A program made the position numbers and the translations under genes. A model generated the notes under the pieces. That model did no database searches and was not told where the DNA came from. It saw nothing but the letters and a program-made list of their open reading frames with translations. This document shows positions 13,381-24,604 of a stretch of 39,552 nt of DNA, piece after piece (positions within the stretch are counted from its first letter, which is position 1; every line of letters starts with the position of its first letter). The DNA comes from Paraspadella gotoi (lineage: Eukaryota; Animalia; Chaetognatha), in the NCBI GenBank assembly GCA_051294375.1, contig CM119267.1:48945-88496 (forward strand), read 5' to 3'.

Positions 13381-14174
13381 NNNNNNNNNNNNNNNNNNNN
13401 NNNNNNNNNNNNNNNNNNNNNNNNNNNNNNNNNNNNNNNNNNNNNNNNNNNNNNNNNNNNNNNNNNNNNNNNNNNNNNNNNNNNNNNNNNNNNNNNNNNN
13501 NNNNNNNNNNNNNNNNNNNNNNNNNNNNNNNNNNNNNNNNNNNNNNNNNNNNNNNNNNNNNNNNNNNNNNNNNNNNNNNNNNNNNNNNNNNNNNNNNNNN
13601 NNNNNNNNNNNNNNNNNNNNNNNNNNNNNNNNNNNNNNNNNNNNNNNNNNNNNNNNNNNNNNNNNNNNNNNNNNNNNNNNNNNNNNNNNNNNNNNNNNNN
13701 NNNNNNNNNNNNNNNNNNNNNNNNNNNNNNNNNNNNNNNNNNNNNNNNNNNNNNNNNNNNNNNNNNNNNNNNNNNNNNNNNNNNNNNNNNNNNNNNNNNN
13801 NNNNNNNNNNNNNNNNNNNNNNNNNNNNNNNNNNNNNNNNNNNNNNNNNNNNNNNNNNNNNNNNNNNNNNNNNNNNNNNNNNNNNNNNNNNNNNNNNNNN
13901 NNNNNNNNNNNNNNNNNNNNNNNNNNNNNNNNNNNNNNNNNNNNNNNNNNNNNNNNNNNNNNNNNNNNNNNNNNNNNNNNNNNNNNNNNNNNNNNNNNNN
14001 NNNNNNNNNNNNNNNNNNNNNNNNNNNNNNNNNNNNNNNNNNNNNNNNNNNNNNNNNNNNNNNNNNNNNNNNNNNNNNNNNNNNNNNNNNNNNNNNNNNN
14101 NNNNNNNNNNNNNNNNNNNNNNNNNNNNNNNNNNNNNNNNNNNNNNNNNNNNNNNNNNNNNNNNNNNNNNNNNN
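13381..14174. other. Assembly gap (794 N). Other gaps: 28171-28412, and 25-N gaps at 6098-6122, 22967-22991, 29565-29589, 38757-38781
   Basis: Runs of N. Confidence 1.
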
Positions 14175-14642
14175 TTAGTTTCCACTTTTTTTGGTTTTTT
14201 TTTCCTTTATTTTTTTTCCGTGGGATTTTCCCTCCAGAGCAAAAGGAGTCGAGTCGGGGAAAGGCCACGGCTTTAGGCGACAGCGTAGCGGCGCAGCAGC
14301 GGAGCAGCGGCTACGACGGATTTCGGAAGCTGCAAAGGAGATTCTGGAAGTGACCCTGCGGAGCAGTTGAATTTACAAGCAGTGTTGCAGCGGAACAGAG
14401 TTGAGAAACAGCGCAGCGGATTTCGGGAGTGGTCCGGCAGCGCAGTTTGGAAGCGGCGCAGCGGCACAGCGCAGTTTAAAATCGCGTTTAAGCGGCGGCT
14501 TTTTCGCAGCTGGAATCGAGAATATCGTCCTTTAAAATTTTTATTTTCTCTTAGTGGCAAAGTGGCAAGTGGCAAGTGGCAAAGGAAGGCGTTGCGAGAA
14601 AGGCAAGGGGATAAGTGGGTATAGGGTGAGGGACCAAGGGGG

Positions 14643-14972
14643 TGTAGTTCCTAGCAGAAGGCGTGGGTTCGAATGAATCAACATGAAACCAAAGTGGATT
14701 TTATTCTTAGAAAAGTCACAAGAAAAGACGGTGTGAAAATTTGTGGAAGATGGATTCAATACAAAATGGTCAGGTATTTATACAATACAACCGGATCTTC
14801 GACACGGGCTCGTTTCCCTTTGGCACGAAGCCTCTCTTCTCATTGGTCCATTTCGATTATGATTAATCCAATCCGAGTCGCCGATCCGATCTTTGGTTCC
14901 ATCTTCGATGCGAGTATTACTAGGAATCCTAATAATAGAGGCATGTCGCAGGAAATGCCAGGCATCTAGACA
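14643..14972 (-). mobile_element. Possible solo LTR (~330 bp)
   Basis: TGT...ACA termini with imperfect inverted ends (TGTAGTTCCTAGC / GCCAGGCATCTAGACA). On the minus strand a TATAAATA (~14774-14781) lies ~70 bp upstream of AATAAA (~14699-14704), the usual U3-R layout. No matching TSD found. Confidence 0.4.
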
Positions 14973-16531
14973 ACTTCCTATGAAAACCTAAACCCATTTA
15001 TCCTACAAATGGCAAAGTTATTCCATGTACAGATTTATGACATTCTAGATTTCCGATACCGTTTATTTATCATATTAAGACAAATTCAGCGAATGACAGA
15101 ATCATTACTAATTTACTATTCAGTATGGTGATGTGAGGATGATAAAGTTTTATAAAATTAATATTTAGTACATTGAACATAAAAATAAAACCAATAAAAT
15201 TATTTTGATGAATTTATTTTTAAATTTTATACATTAGTGGGCACCAGTGAGCTATATTTATATAGTAATAAGTTTATAATAGGCTAATGTCAATTTCTAA
15301 ATTTTAAGATCGGAATGAAATCCACTTTATATCGAACACTGGACAGACTGACAATAATAACTGACTGAGCAGAATGATTCACACAAAAAAATTCATGAAA
15401 TGTGTTTTGTCGAAAGTTTATTAGTGAAAAAAAAATTGTTCAAAATGCAGTCGAAATAATAACCAGTTTATATTAATAATATTAATAATAATAATGCTAC
15501 TATGTTTGCTAATTAACAGCCTCGAGTGTTTTGAATATTTTGTTAAGTTAATTTTACAAGTGGTGGACATTTGGTTAAGTTTAGATTCGATGGGAAGTAA
15601 ATTGAATCAATATACTGGGGGTCGATTCATGAGGCATTTGCAGTATTACTGGATTCGGTATAACGGTATTACCTTTTGACGTATTGACTTCGTATACAAA
15701 ATGTAGGCCGTGAATAATACGTAGATACAAAAAAGTGCCTGAGTATTTATGATTAGCAAGCTGCAGTCGACAAATGCGCGAAAGAAAATACAATATTGTA
15801 TTTTGTAATGCTTCGGTAATTTCGGCCTGAATAATGTCAAGTTTGTCAACATTGATGTTTAAACAAATTTCTAGTTTAAAAAAAACATTCTTACATATCT
15901 TAGTTATTCTTAATAATATCTTGTATGATTGTTCGAGTTTTAAAAATGTTGATATAAAATTTACTTGAAGTGTTATGCCATTAATATCGAAAAGTAATTT
16001 TATTTTACATTTTATTTCCGTCAGTTCATTCACAAATATTCTTTTTAAAAATTCACAAATTAATTTTTAAAAAATTCACAAATATTCTTTTTAATCGTCC
16101 TTTTCACATTCACAAAACAAAACAAAACAAAACAAAACAAAACATACCATATTTATTTTTCCCGCTTTCATCTCAACTGAAAAGATATACAAAGACATGA
16201 GTGCAATCGTAAATATATAATTGTATATTGTATGTTTAGTGGCGTAAATTTGAGCATTCGTTAAAATAACAAAATAGCATCGCGAGCGAAAAAAAAAGAA
16301 GATTTTCTCGCTAGAGGGCCGAGAACCGTCTCTCGGTCGCGTCCGTCGCGGATTTGTGGCGCAATTTGACGTCGCAGTCACGCCAAGGAATGTAGACATA
16401 ACGTGGCTTAGATCAATAGCTGCGCCACCTCGGTTATAGCGACTCGGGCTCAGTTGATTATTAGGATTTACCAGGTCAATTTAATGAACTGGGATTCAAG
16501 ACTTTGGAGATAAAGGTCATAATTGAAGAGC

Positions 16532-16673
16532 AGAGGTCAAAGCAGGTAGGAGGTCATCATGTAAGATCAGAGGTCAGAGATCAAAGCAGGTAGGAAGTCA
16601 TCATGTAAGATCAGAGGTCAGAGGTCAAAGCAGGTAGGAGGTCATCATGTAAGATCAGAGGTCAGAGGTCAAA
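16532..16673 (+). repeat. 44-bp tandem repeat x3.2, rich in AGGTCA half-sites
   Basis: Unit AGAGGTCAAAGCAGGTAGGAGGTCATCATGTAAGATCAGAGGTC starts at 16532, 16576, 16620 and partially at 16664. Confidence 0.95.
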
Positions 16674-16818
16674 GGTTTCAAGGGTTCATGCTTGAAGGAC
16701 GAAAGGTCGGAAGCAAAGACTTCTCTAATAATTTGAATACGTAAAGCAACTTTAAATGGTTAAGTGGTTATGAGTATTAAATTAAAATCTGGGCTCGTGA
16801 TTGAAATTTGCGATGACA

Positions 16819-16843
16819 TCACGACATCGAGATTCCTTGAAGT

Positions 16844-16877
<34 letters not shown>

Positions 16878-16940
16878 ACGACGACCTCAAGAAGGACGAC
16901 GAGTTGCAACCATCGGCTCCGCAAAAGCATTCGTCTACGT
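16819..16940 (-). CDS. Exon 3 (terminal) of Ly6/uPAR three-finger protein: DVDECFCGADGCNSSSFLRSSFVVVVVVVVVVVLQGISMS*
   Basis: Acceptor (CT)n-CACAG| at 16941-16942 and phase 1 matching exon 2. Contains the canonical C-x-C-xxD-xCN end of the LU domain, then small residues and a hydrophobic tail (GPI-signal-like). TGA at 16819-16821. Confidence 0.88.
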
Positions 16941-16941
16941 C

Positions 16942-16994
<53 letters not shown>

Positions 16995-17067
16995 TTTTTT
17001 TCTTTCTTCTTTATCTTCTTCTTTCCTTTGTACTTTTTCTTAGGAAGCTTCTTTAGAATAATATTTT

Positions 17068-17068
17068 A

Positions 17069-17099
<31 letters not shown>

Positions 17100-17121
17100 T
17101 ATTATTATTATTATTATTTTA

Positions 17122-17180
<59 letters not shown>

Positions 17181-17182
17181 TA
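17068..17182. repeat. (ATT)n microsatellite in intron 2
   Basis: Direct observation. Confidence 0.95.
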
Positions 17183-17416
17183 TATTCTAATTTCTATAAA
17201 AAGTTTAAAATTATGCCATTAAGGAAGTAAATTACAAAAAAAGTATATTTTAAAAAGTGTATTTTAAATATAGCTTTTTAAATTTTTTACTTACTCAATG
17301 AAGAAATTTAAATAAAAAGGAAAAATACTAGCACCCGCTAATGTGTAAAATCAAAGAGTAAAATTATCAACAAAAAACAACGACAACAACAACAACAACG
17401 ACAACTTGGCTTTCAC

Positions 17417-17591
17417 CTTTTCCGTCGATTGTCTTATCGAAACATTTGAGGACTTGGGAGTGCTGACATCCTAAGAGTTGCGTCGCGCGCGGACGATCCT
17501 CTTCGTAGAAGGTGCGCCGACCGCAAGCGTGCCACACTTGGGGGCAGAAGTGGAGTTCGCAATTCCGGGTGTCGACTGTGAGCGAATCAAG
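17417..17591 (-). CDS. Exon 2 of Ly6/uPAR three-finger protein: LDSLTVDTRNCELHFCPQVWHACGRRTFYEEDRPRATQLLGCQHSQVLKCFDKTIDGK
   Basis: GC-rich island of 175 nt (58 codons + 1) with an open frame and 5 Cys including the ..LGC motif. Acceptor TTCAAG| follows a (CT)n tract and the donor is AAG|GTGAAA. Phases 0 and 1 join exons 1 and 3 in frame. Confidence 0.85.
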
Positions 17592-17950
17592 CTTGAAGCG
17601 TGGGGTGCGGGGAGAGAGAGAGAGAGAGAGGGGGAGAGAGGGAGGAAACGTTAAAACGGGACGTGGAGATCCTCATTATTATTATTAGTAAGAAAGAAAA
17701 TAAAATCGCCGGCCGAATTCATTAAAAATTCAAACGCCCGCTAAGAAATTAAACGTTACTTTATTTGGAAGTATTTTTAAAATTATTTACTTTACAAATG
17801 TAAACCAAATTTTCTCTCTCTCGCCTTATAACAATGAATGCTACTTTGTACTATTAGCCAATTCGATTCCATTCGCTTTTCTGATTTCAATAAATCGATT
17901 CATCTCATTTCGTGCGCCATTTTTATCTCGACCACCTCCACTAGATATCA

Positions 17951-18219
<269 letters not shown>

Positions 18220-18659
18220 GGTGATATTTTTAATTACGGAGAGAGAAGTGGTAATCTATTCTAAGCAGGAGAAACTTGTGGTACGAGTAAAGACAGTTAA
18301 TGTGGCAACCATTAGTCTTACAACTGAGTCGAAGTTAATGATGCATAGGAAAGCAGAATGAATCGTTGAGTGTTTAAAATACGTGATCAGACTTACAATT
18401 TATTGTAATTTAAAACTCATTTTTAAATGCCCCAATGAGCCAAGACCACCGACCAGAAATTACATTGTTTTAATGATACAGATTTGGTCACTAAAATATA
18501 TATATGTATTTTAATTGGACTTTTACTATTAGGTTGAAACTACATTAACCATTAGGATAGAGGCCAGACTTAACAGATTTAGTAAAACCGAAGAAAGGTA
18601 TTTACTAATAGTACTTTCATTTAATATTGGTTGATATTTATGCAAGTCTAAAAACTTTT

Positions 18660-18980
18660 TTTTTAAGAAATAAAAAATACATTCAACATAAGCATGACAC
18701 CTTCAGGCGTGACCCGGTGGCTGATTTAGTAAAGCCATCAGCTCATGACCACTAAGTACCGGGTTCAATCCAATCCCGCTGCTCAACCAGAGGGAAACGT
18801 GAAGACCGTCGACCGGCTTTGGGGCGTTGAAAACTCTCAAGCCTGGTTCCAAGCCCATGACCCGTTCCATGGCCGCTGAGGGGACACAGAACTTACGGAG
18901 AGTGGTCTTCAGCCCACATAGTCCCTTATCCACATATATATATATATAATAATTATATATATATAATAATTATATATATA
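18660..18980 (+). mobile_element. tRNA-derived SINE-like insertion with TA-rich tail and 13-bp target-site duplication, inside intron 1 of the Ly6 gene
   Basis: A-box-like TGGCTGATTTAG (18718-18729) and B-box GGTTCAATCC (18762-18771) at tRNA-like spacing. GC-rich body to ~18933, (TA)n-rich tail 18934-18980, and direct repeat TCTAAAAACTTTT at 18647-18659 and 18981-18993. Confidence 0.7.
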
Positions 18981-20113
18981 TCTAAAAACTTTTCATAACG
19001 ACTAGAATCGTGTGATAGTTGATTATGATCTTGCAATCCATAGTCTCTAGTCACTAGTTAACTAATTTATGACATAGTTGAAAATTAATGGTAATAAAAT
19101 GGTTCTTGTACTGTCCATTGTCCATTAGAGTGGAGCACTGGGACCATAAATTTTATTTGAGTGAACAAACAAGGATATTTAGACGTAAGATAGTATGATT
19201 AAGGAGTGCAAAAAATATTTTGCTTATATTGTTTGGGGAACAGTATCATTAATTAAAATATATTTATAGTAATAAAATAATGAATTTTCAAAATAATTTT
19301 TTTTAAATTTTTATAAAAGATTCTGATTTTTCATAAAAAGTTAGATCAAAAATATAAAACATCTTATTAAAAATTTCAATGTGTTCATCGTCAAAAATGT
19401 AAAAAAAGGTCAAATTCTCTACTTTTTTACGCTCTGTAGTAAAACCTATTATATGATGAAACGTTTTGGTCATTTTTCGCAGCTTTAAACTAAAAATATC
19501 ATGTAACATATTTTACAAAAGTTTTTCAGTTTTTCCTGGCAAATCCAAAACTGTTCTTAAAATTAAAAAATATGATTTAAAAATTTTATGATTTTATAAG
19601 GATATTACTAAAAAGAAAATTCAATTAATGATACTGTTATGCAATTTTTTTTTGAAAAATAGCTTAATTATTTTTTATTACATATACAAAAGCAACAAAA
19701 AACATTGTTCCATCGCTCAATCTTTTCATCACTCCACTCTACTGTACATGTCCAAGATTCTGCAAATAGTTGCCATCAAACTAATTGCAATGGCCGATCC
19801 ACATTCTGCTATTGGTTGATGCTAATTATCCGGATCTTAGTAAAGGACGGCGCTAATCTATCTCATGCAGATGAGCCGAACCCAATTCCAAATTCTGAAT
19901 ATTTTTCTTTACTCAAACTCACTCTCAAGCTCTCAAGCTCTCAATCTCTCAGGCTCGCTATCTCTCAGGCTTTTTATTTCCCTTTTCCTATATCTCTCTT
20001 TCTCTCTATGTACATCTCTGTCTTTATTTCTCTATCTATCTTTATCTATATCTTACTTTCTATGTCCCAAACTCTCTGTCTCTCTTTCTCTCTACCTCTT
20101 ACTCTCTCTAATA

Positions 20114-20158
<45 letters not shown>

Positions 20159-20282
20159 TCACTCAATCTCTATCTGATTCATCTCACACTCTCTATCTCT
20201 CTAAATAATAGTCAAGTTCAGTCACTCTCAAACTTTTTAACAACTTTTATATTCGGCTATGATACTCTAATAAAGATTAGTT

Positions 20283-20365
<83 letters not shown>

Positions 20366-20502
20366 TCTCTCTCTTTCTCTTTCTAATCTATTTTTTTTCA
20401 CACTTTCACTGTTTCTCACTTTATCTTTTCTCTCTCTTCTTCTCTTGCTGACGCAATTTTGCTCTCTCTTTCGTTTCAATTTCTCTTATGCAGATTCTTT
20501 CC

Positions 20503-20553
<51 letters not shown>

Positions 20554-20629
20554 TTCTCTCTCTCTCACACTGACGTCGTTAGGTCAATTCTAAGAAGAAA
20601 CGCGAAGACGAAGAGTCGCTTCGTTGGCT

Positions 20630-21010
20630 AGAAGTAAGAAGAAGAAAAGGGAAAGAAAAGAGAAGTAAAAGAGAAAGAAAAGTTAGTGAAAAGAGAAAGA
20701 AAAAGTAAAGAAAAGGAAGGGAAAAGGGAAAGAAAAGAGAAAGAAGAGAAAGAAAAGTTAGTGAAAAGAGAAAGAAAAGTAAAAGAAAAGGAAGAGAAAA
20801 GGGAAAGAAAAAGAGAAAGAAAATAGAAAGAAAAGTTAGTGAAAAGAGAAAGAAAAGTAAAAGAAAGGAAGGGAAAAGGGAAAGAAAAGAGAAAGAAATA
20901 GAAAGAAAAGTTAGTGAAAAGAGAAAGAAAAGTGAAAGAAAATGAAGAGAAAATGGAAAGAAAAGAGAAAGAAAATATAAAAAAATAGTGAAAGAGAAAG
21001 AAAACTAAAA
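20630..21010 (+). repeat. ~77-bp purine-rich minisatellite (core GTTAGTGAAAAGAGAAAGAAAA)
   Basis: Core at ~20680, 20757, 20835 and 20910; fewer units in the second duplicate (~23136, 23213, 23291). Confidence 0.85.
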
Positions 21011-21349
21011 GAAATAAATAGAAACAAATTAAAAAAAAAAAGAAAGATAAAGAAATAAAAAAGGGAAAAAAATTAAAAAACAAAAATAGAAATAAAAAGA
21101 AACTGAAAAACAAACACAAAAAGATATAGAAAAAAATCAAATCTATATGAATAATTAGAAAAAGCACATGATACCAAAAAATAAAACATTTATAATGTCA
21201 TTTCATTTAAAAAGTTCCAACACTTTTTAATTTTACCTTAAAATAACCATCATCATTTTCCATAACCACCAAGCACTTAATTTTATTCTAACTACCAAGC
21301 ACTTAATCTCTCTCTAACCACCAATCACGTGCCCCCCGTCTTCTCTTAC

Positions 21350-21520
21350 CACCAAGCAACGTCCATCGAGCCCCGCGTCCTCTATGACCTTCAAATCTTT
21401 GACCAGCGCCGACTCGTCGTCCATGTCCCGCGGACCCCAGCATTCCAGATTGTCGACGGCGGACGGCAGCGCCAGCAGGGCGAGCAGCAGCGCAGCCGTC
21501 GTTTTCATCAAAGCCGCCAT
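21350..21520 (-). CDS. Exon 1 of Ly6/uPAR three-finger protein: signal peptide plus LECW start of the LU domain (MAALMKTTAALLLALLALPSAVDNLECWGPRDMDDESALVKDLKVIEDAGLDGRCLV)
   Basis: AAAATGGC start context, hydrophobic signal peptide, L-x-C-W/Y mature N-terminus, 171 nt (57 codons) and a strong phase-0 donor GTG|GTAAGA. Confidence 0.88.
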
Positions 21521-21604
21521 TTTTGTTAAAATTTTGGTTGCTAGAAATGAGGGGAAGATTTGGAAAAAAGATTTTTTGAGGCGAGAAAAAGGGAATTTAG
21601 ATTT

Positions 21605-21805
21605 TAGAAGATTTACTCAGTTTGCTGCGAGTTAATATGTATTTAAAGAGTTTGCTGCAAGGGAGTGAAAGATTTACTAAGTTTGCTGCAATATAATCTG
21701 ATATTTAAATAGTTTGCTGCAAGGGAGGGATAGATTTAGTTAGTTTGCAGAGGGGAGAGGAAGATTTAAAGAGTTTGCTGCAAGGGAAGAAAAGATTTAA
21801 ATAGT
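21605..21805 (+). repeat. ~31-bp minisatellite (core AGTTTGCTGC) with alternating spacers giving a ~62-bp dimer; duplicate at ~23890-24090
   Basis: Core at 21619, 21649, 21680, 21711, 21742 and 21772. Confidence 0.85.
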
Positions 21806-22319
21806 TCTAAGTTGTGAGTGCGGATTTTTAATTTTAAACAGTTTTTTTTTGACAGATGGATGAGTCCATGAGAGGGAGATTTAAAAATTTCTCCGCAATG
21901 TAGGGAAAGATTTGGTTGAAAAGATTTAAATCAAATTTCTCTTGAAAGACGAATTCTGCGCTAAAGATAAAGATGGATTTTTGCGGGAGGATTTATCCTT
22001 AAAGCGATAGATATTTTCATGACATCGACGTGGCAAAGTCCGAGTGATTGATTGATTGGTCTTTGGTTGAACGGGAAATGATTGATAACGTCTTTGGTAG
22101 GACGGTCAATTTATAGTTGGACACTCTGGACAGTCTATTGCTGGACGATCGGCGATCGGTCAGTCTCTTAGTTTCAATTCCAATTACAATTTGTTTAAGC
22201 GTAGTTTCAAATTGTTTATATTAAAAAAGAAATAGTATTCAAATTCATTTATCTATTAGTTCCTCAAAAAGAATTCAAATATATCTTAAAATTTTAAAAA
22301 AAATTGTTGTAAAGTCAAA

Positions 22320-22940
22320 GACGAATGAGAAGCGAATTTGCCGCCGAGAGACAAACAATTCGTTGTCGGTTTGTAACAGAGATGAATGAGAAACGAAGTC
22401 GCCACTAAGCAATACAATTTAGTCATGAGTTTGTCTTATCTCAGAAATGGGAGACTAATTTACTGCTGAGGGATGTTAATTGTCGTTTTTAGCGGAGAGG
22501 AATGAGAGGCAATTCGCGAGATAACAATTTGTCCTAAGTTTGCAGCAGCCGATCAATGAGAGGCGAATTCGCCGTTGCGAGATGACAATTCATTCGTAAG
22601 TTTGCAGCAGCTTGATCACGAGCGGCGAATGCGCCGTTGCGAGCATGACAATTGTTGTAAGTTTTGCAGCAGCCGATGAATGAGTGGCTAATTCGCTGTT
22701 GCCGAGATGACAATTTGTTGTAAGTTTGCCAGATTAGCTGATCAATGAGCGGCTAATTCGCCGTTGCCAAAGTTGACAATTTGTTGTAAGGTTGCACAGC
22801 CGATCAACGAGCGGCGATTCGCCTTGCGAGATGACAATTGTTGTAAGTTTAGGGCAGCCAATCAATGAGCGGCTAATTCGCCGTGCGAGATGACAATTTT
22901 GGTTGTAAGTTTGCAGAGCGATAAATGAAGGCAAATTTTA
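22320..22940 (+). repeat. 61-bp minisatellite with internal palindrome (first duplicate copy)
   Basis: Same array as 24605-25225, with more indels. Confidence 0.9.
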
Positions 22941-23624
22941 TACCAAGAGACTCAAAGAAAAAAAGANNNNNNNNNNNNNNNNNNNNNNNNNCCTCTCACT
23001 CTTTCCTTCTCTCTCTTCTCACACTGACGTCGTTAGGTCAATTCTAAGGAAGAAACGCGAAGACGAAGAGTCGCTTCGTTGGCAGAAGTAAGAAGAAGAA
23101 AAGGGAAAGAAAAGAGAAGTAAAAGAGAAAGAAAAGTTAGTGAAAAGAGAAAGAAAAGTAAAAGAAAGGGAAGGGAAAAGGGAAAGAAAAGAGAAAGAAA
23201 ATAGAAAGAAAAGTTAGTGAAAAGAGAAAGAAAAGTGAAAGAAAATGAAGAGAAAATGGAAAGAAAAGAGAAAGAAAAGAGATAAAAAAATTAGTGAAAA
23301 GAGAAAGAAAAACTAAAAGGAAAATAAATAAAAAAGGGAAAAAAATTAAAAAACAAAAATAGAAATAAAAAGAAACTGAAAAACAAACCACAAAAAAGAT
23401 ATAGAAAAAAATCAAATCTAAATGAATAATTAGAAAAAGCACATGATACCAAAAAATAAAACATTTATAATGTCATTTCATTTAAAACGTTCCAACACTT
23501 TTAATTTTACCTTAAAATAACCATCATCATTTTCCCTAACCACCAAGCACTTAATTTTATTCTAACTACCAAGCACTTAATCTCTCTCTAACCACCAATC
23601 ACGTCCCCCCCCGTCTTCTCTTAC

Positions 23625-23795
23625 CACCAAGCAACGTCCATCGAGCCCCGCGTCCTCTATGACCTTCAAATCTTTGACCAGCGCCGACTCGTCGTCCATG
23701 TCCCGCGGACCCCAGCATTCCAGATTGTCGACGGCGGACGGCAGCGCCAGCAGGGCGAGCAGCAGCGCAGCCGTCGTCTTCATCAAAGCCGCCAT
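23625..23795 (-). CDS. Second copy of Ly6 exon 1 (identical peptide) in the duplicated block
   Basis: 171 nt with the same translation and GTAAGA donor; probably a redundant assembly or haplotype copy rather than a separate exon. Confidence 0.5.
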
Positions 23796-24604
23796 TTTTG
23801 TTAAAATTTTGGTTGCTAGAAATGAGGGGAAGATTTTGGAAAAAAAATTTTTTGAGGCGAGAAAAAGGGAGATTTAGATTTAGATTTTAGAAGATTTACT
23901 CAGTTTGCTGCGAGATAATCTGATATTTAAAGAGTTTGCTGCAAGGGAGGGAAAGATTTACTAAGTTTGCTGCAATATAATCTGATATTTAAATAGTTTG
24001 CTGCAAGGGAGGGATAGATTTAGTTAGTTTGCAGAGGGGGAGAGGAAGATTTAAAGAGTTTGCTGCAAGGGAAGAAAAGATTTAAATAGTTCTAAGTGTG
24101 TGAGTGCGGATTTTTAATTTTAACAGTTTTTTTTGACAGATGGATGAGTCCATGAGAGGGGAGATTTAAAAATTTCTCCGCGATGTAGGGAAAGATTTGG
24201 TTGAAAAGATTTAAATCAAATTTCTCTTGAAAGACGAATTCTTGCGCTAAAGATAAAGATGGATTTTTGCGGGAGGATTATCCATAAAGCGATAGATATT
24301 TTCATGACATCGACGTGGCAAAGTCCGAGTGATTGATTGATTGGTCTTTAGTTGAACGGGAAATGATTGATAAGTCTTTGGTAGGACGGTCAATTTATAG
24401 TTGGACACTCTGGACAGTCTATTGCTGGACGATCGGCGATCGGTCAGTCTCTCAGTTTCAATTCCAATTACAATTTGTTTAAGCGTAGTTTCAAATTGTT
24501 TATATTAATAAAGAAATAGTATTCAAATTCATTTATTTATTAGTTCCTCAAAAAGAATTCAAATATATCTTAAAATTTAAAAAAAAAATTGTTGTAAAGT
24601 CAAA

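Noticed and set aside
13279-14276. ORFs of 276-329 aa (also 27951-28749)
   Set aside because: They run through N gaps.
14273-14520. GCAGCG-rich segment with overlapping ORFs
   Set aside because: Looks like a degenerate simple repeat next to a gap; the translations are uninformative.
15581-16033. 150-aa minus-strand ORF
   Set aside because: Non-ATG start, no recognisable motif or splice context; cannot be supported, though not excluded as an exon.
16309-16420. GC-rich islands as extra exons (here RYVYIPWRDCDVKLRHK..., also 10297-10503, 38201-38310, 6400-6530)
   Set aside because: No consistent splice phases linking them and no recognisable domain.
21314-21349. ORF-track C-terminal extension VREDGGHVIGG of the 68-aa ORF
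   Set aside because: Read-through into intron 1 past the GTAAGA donor; it also differs between the two duplicate copies.
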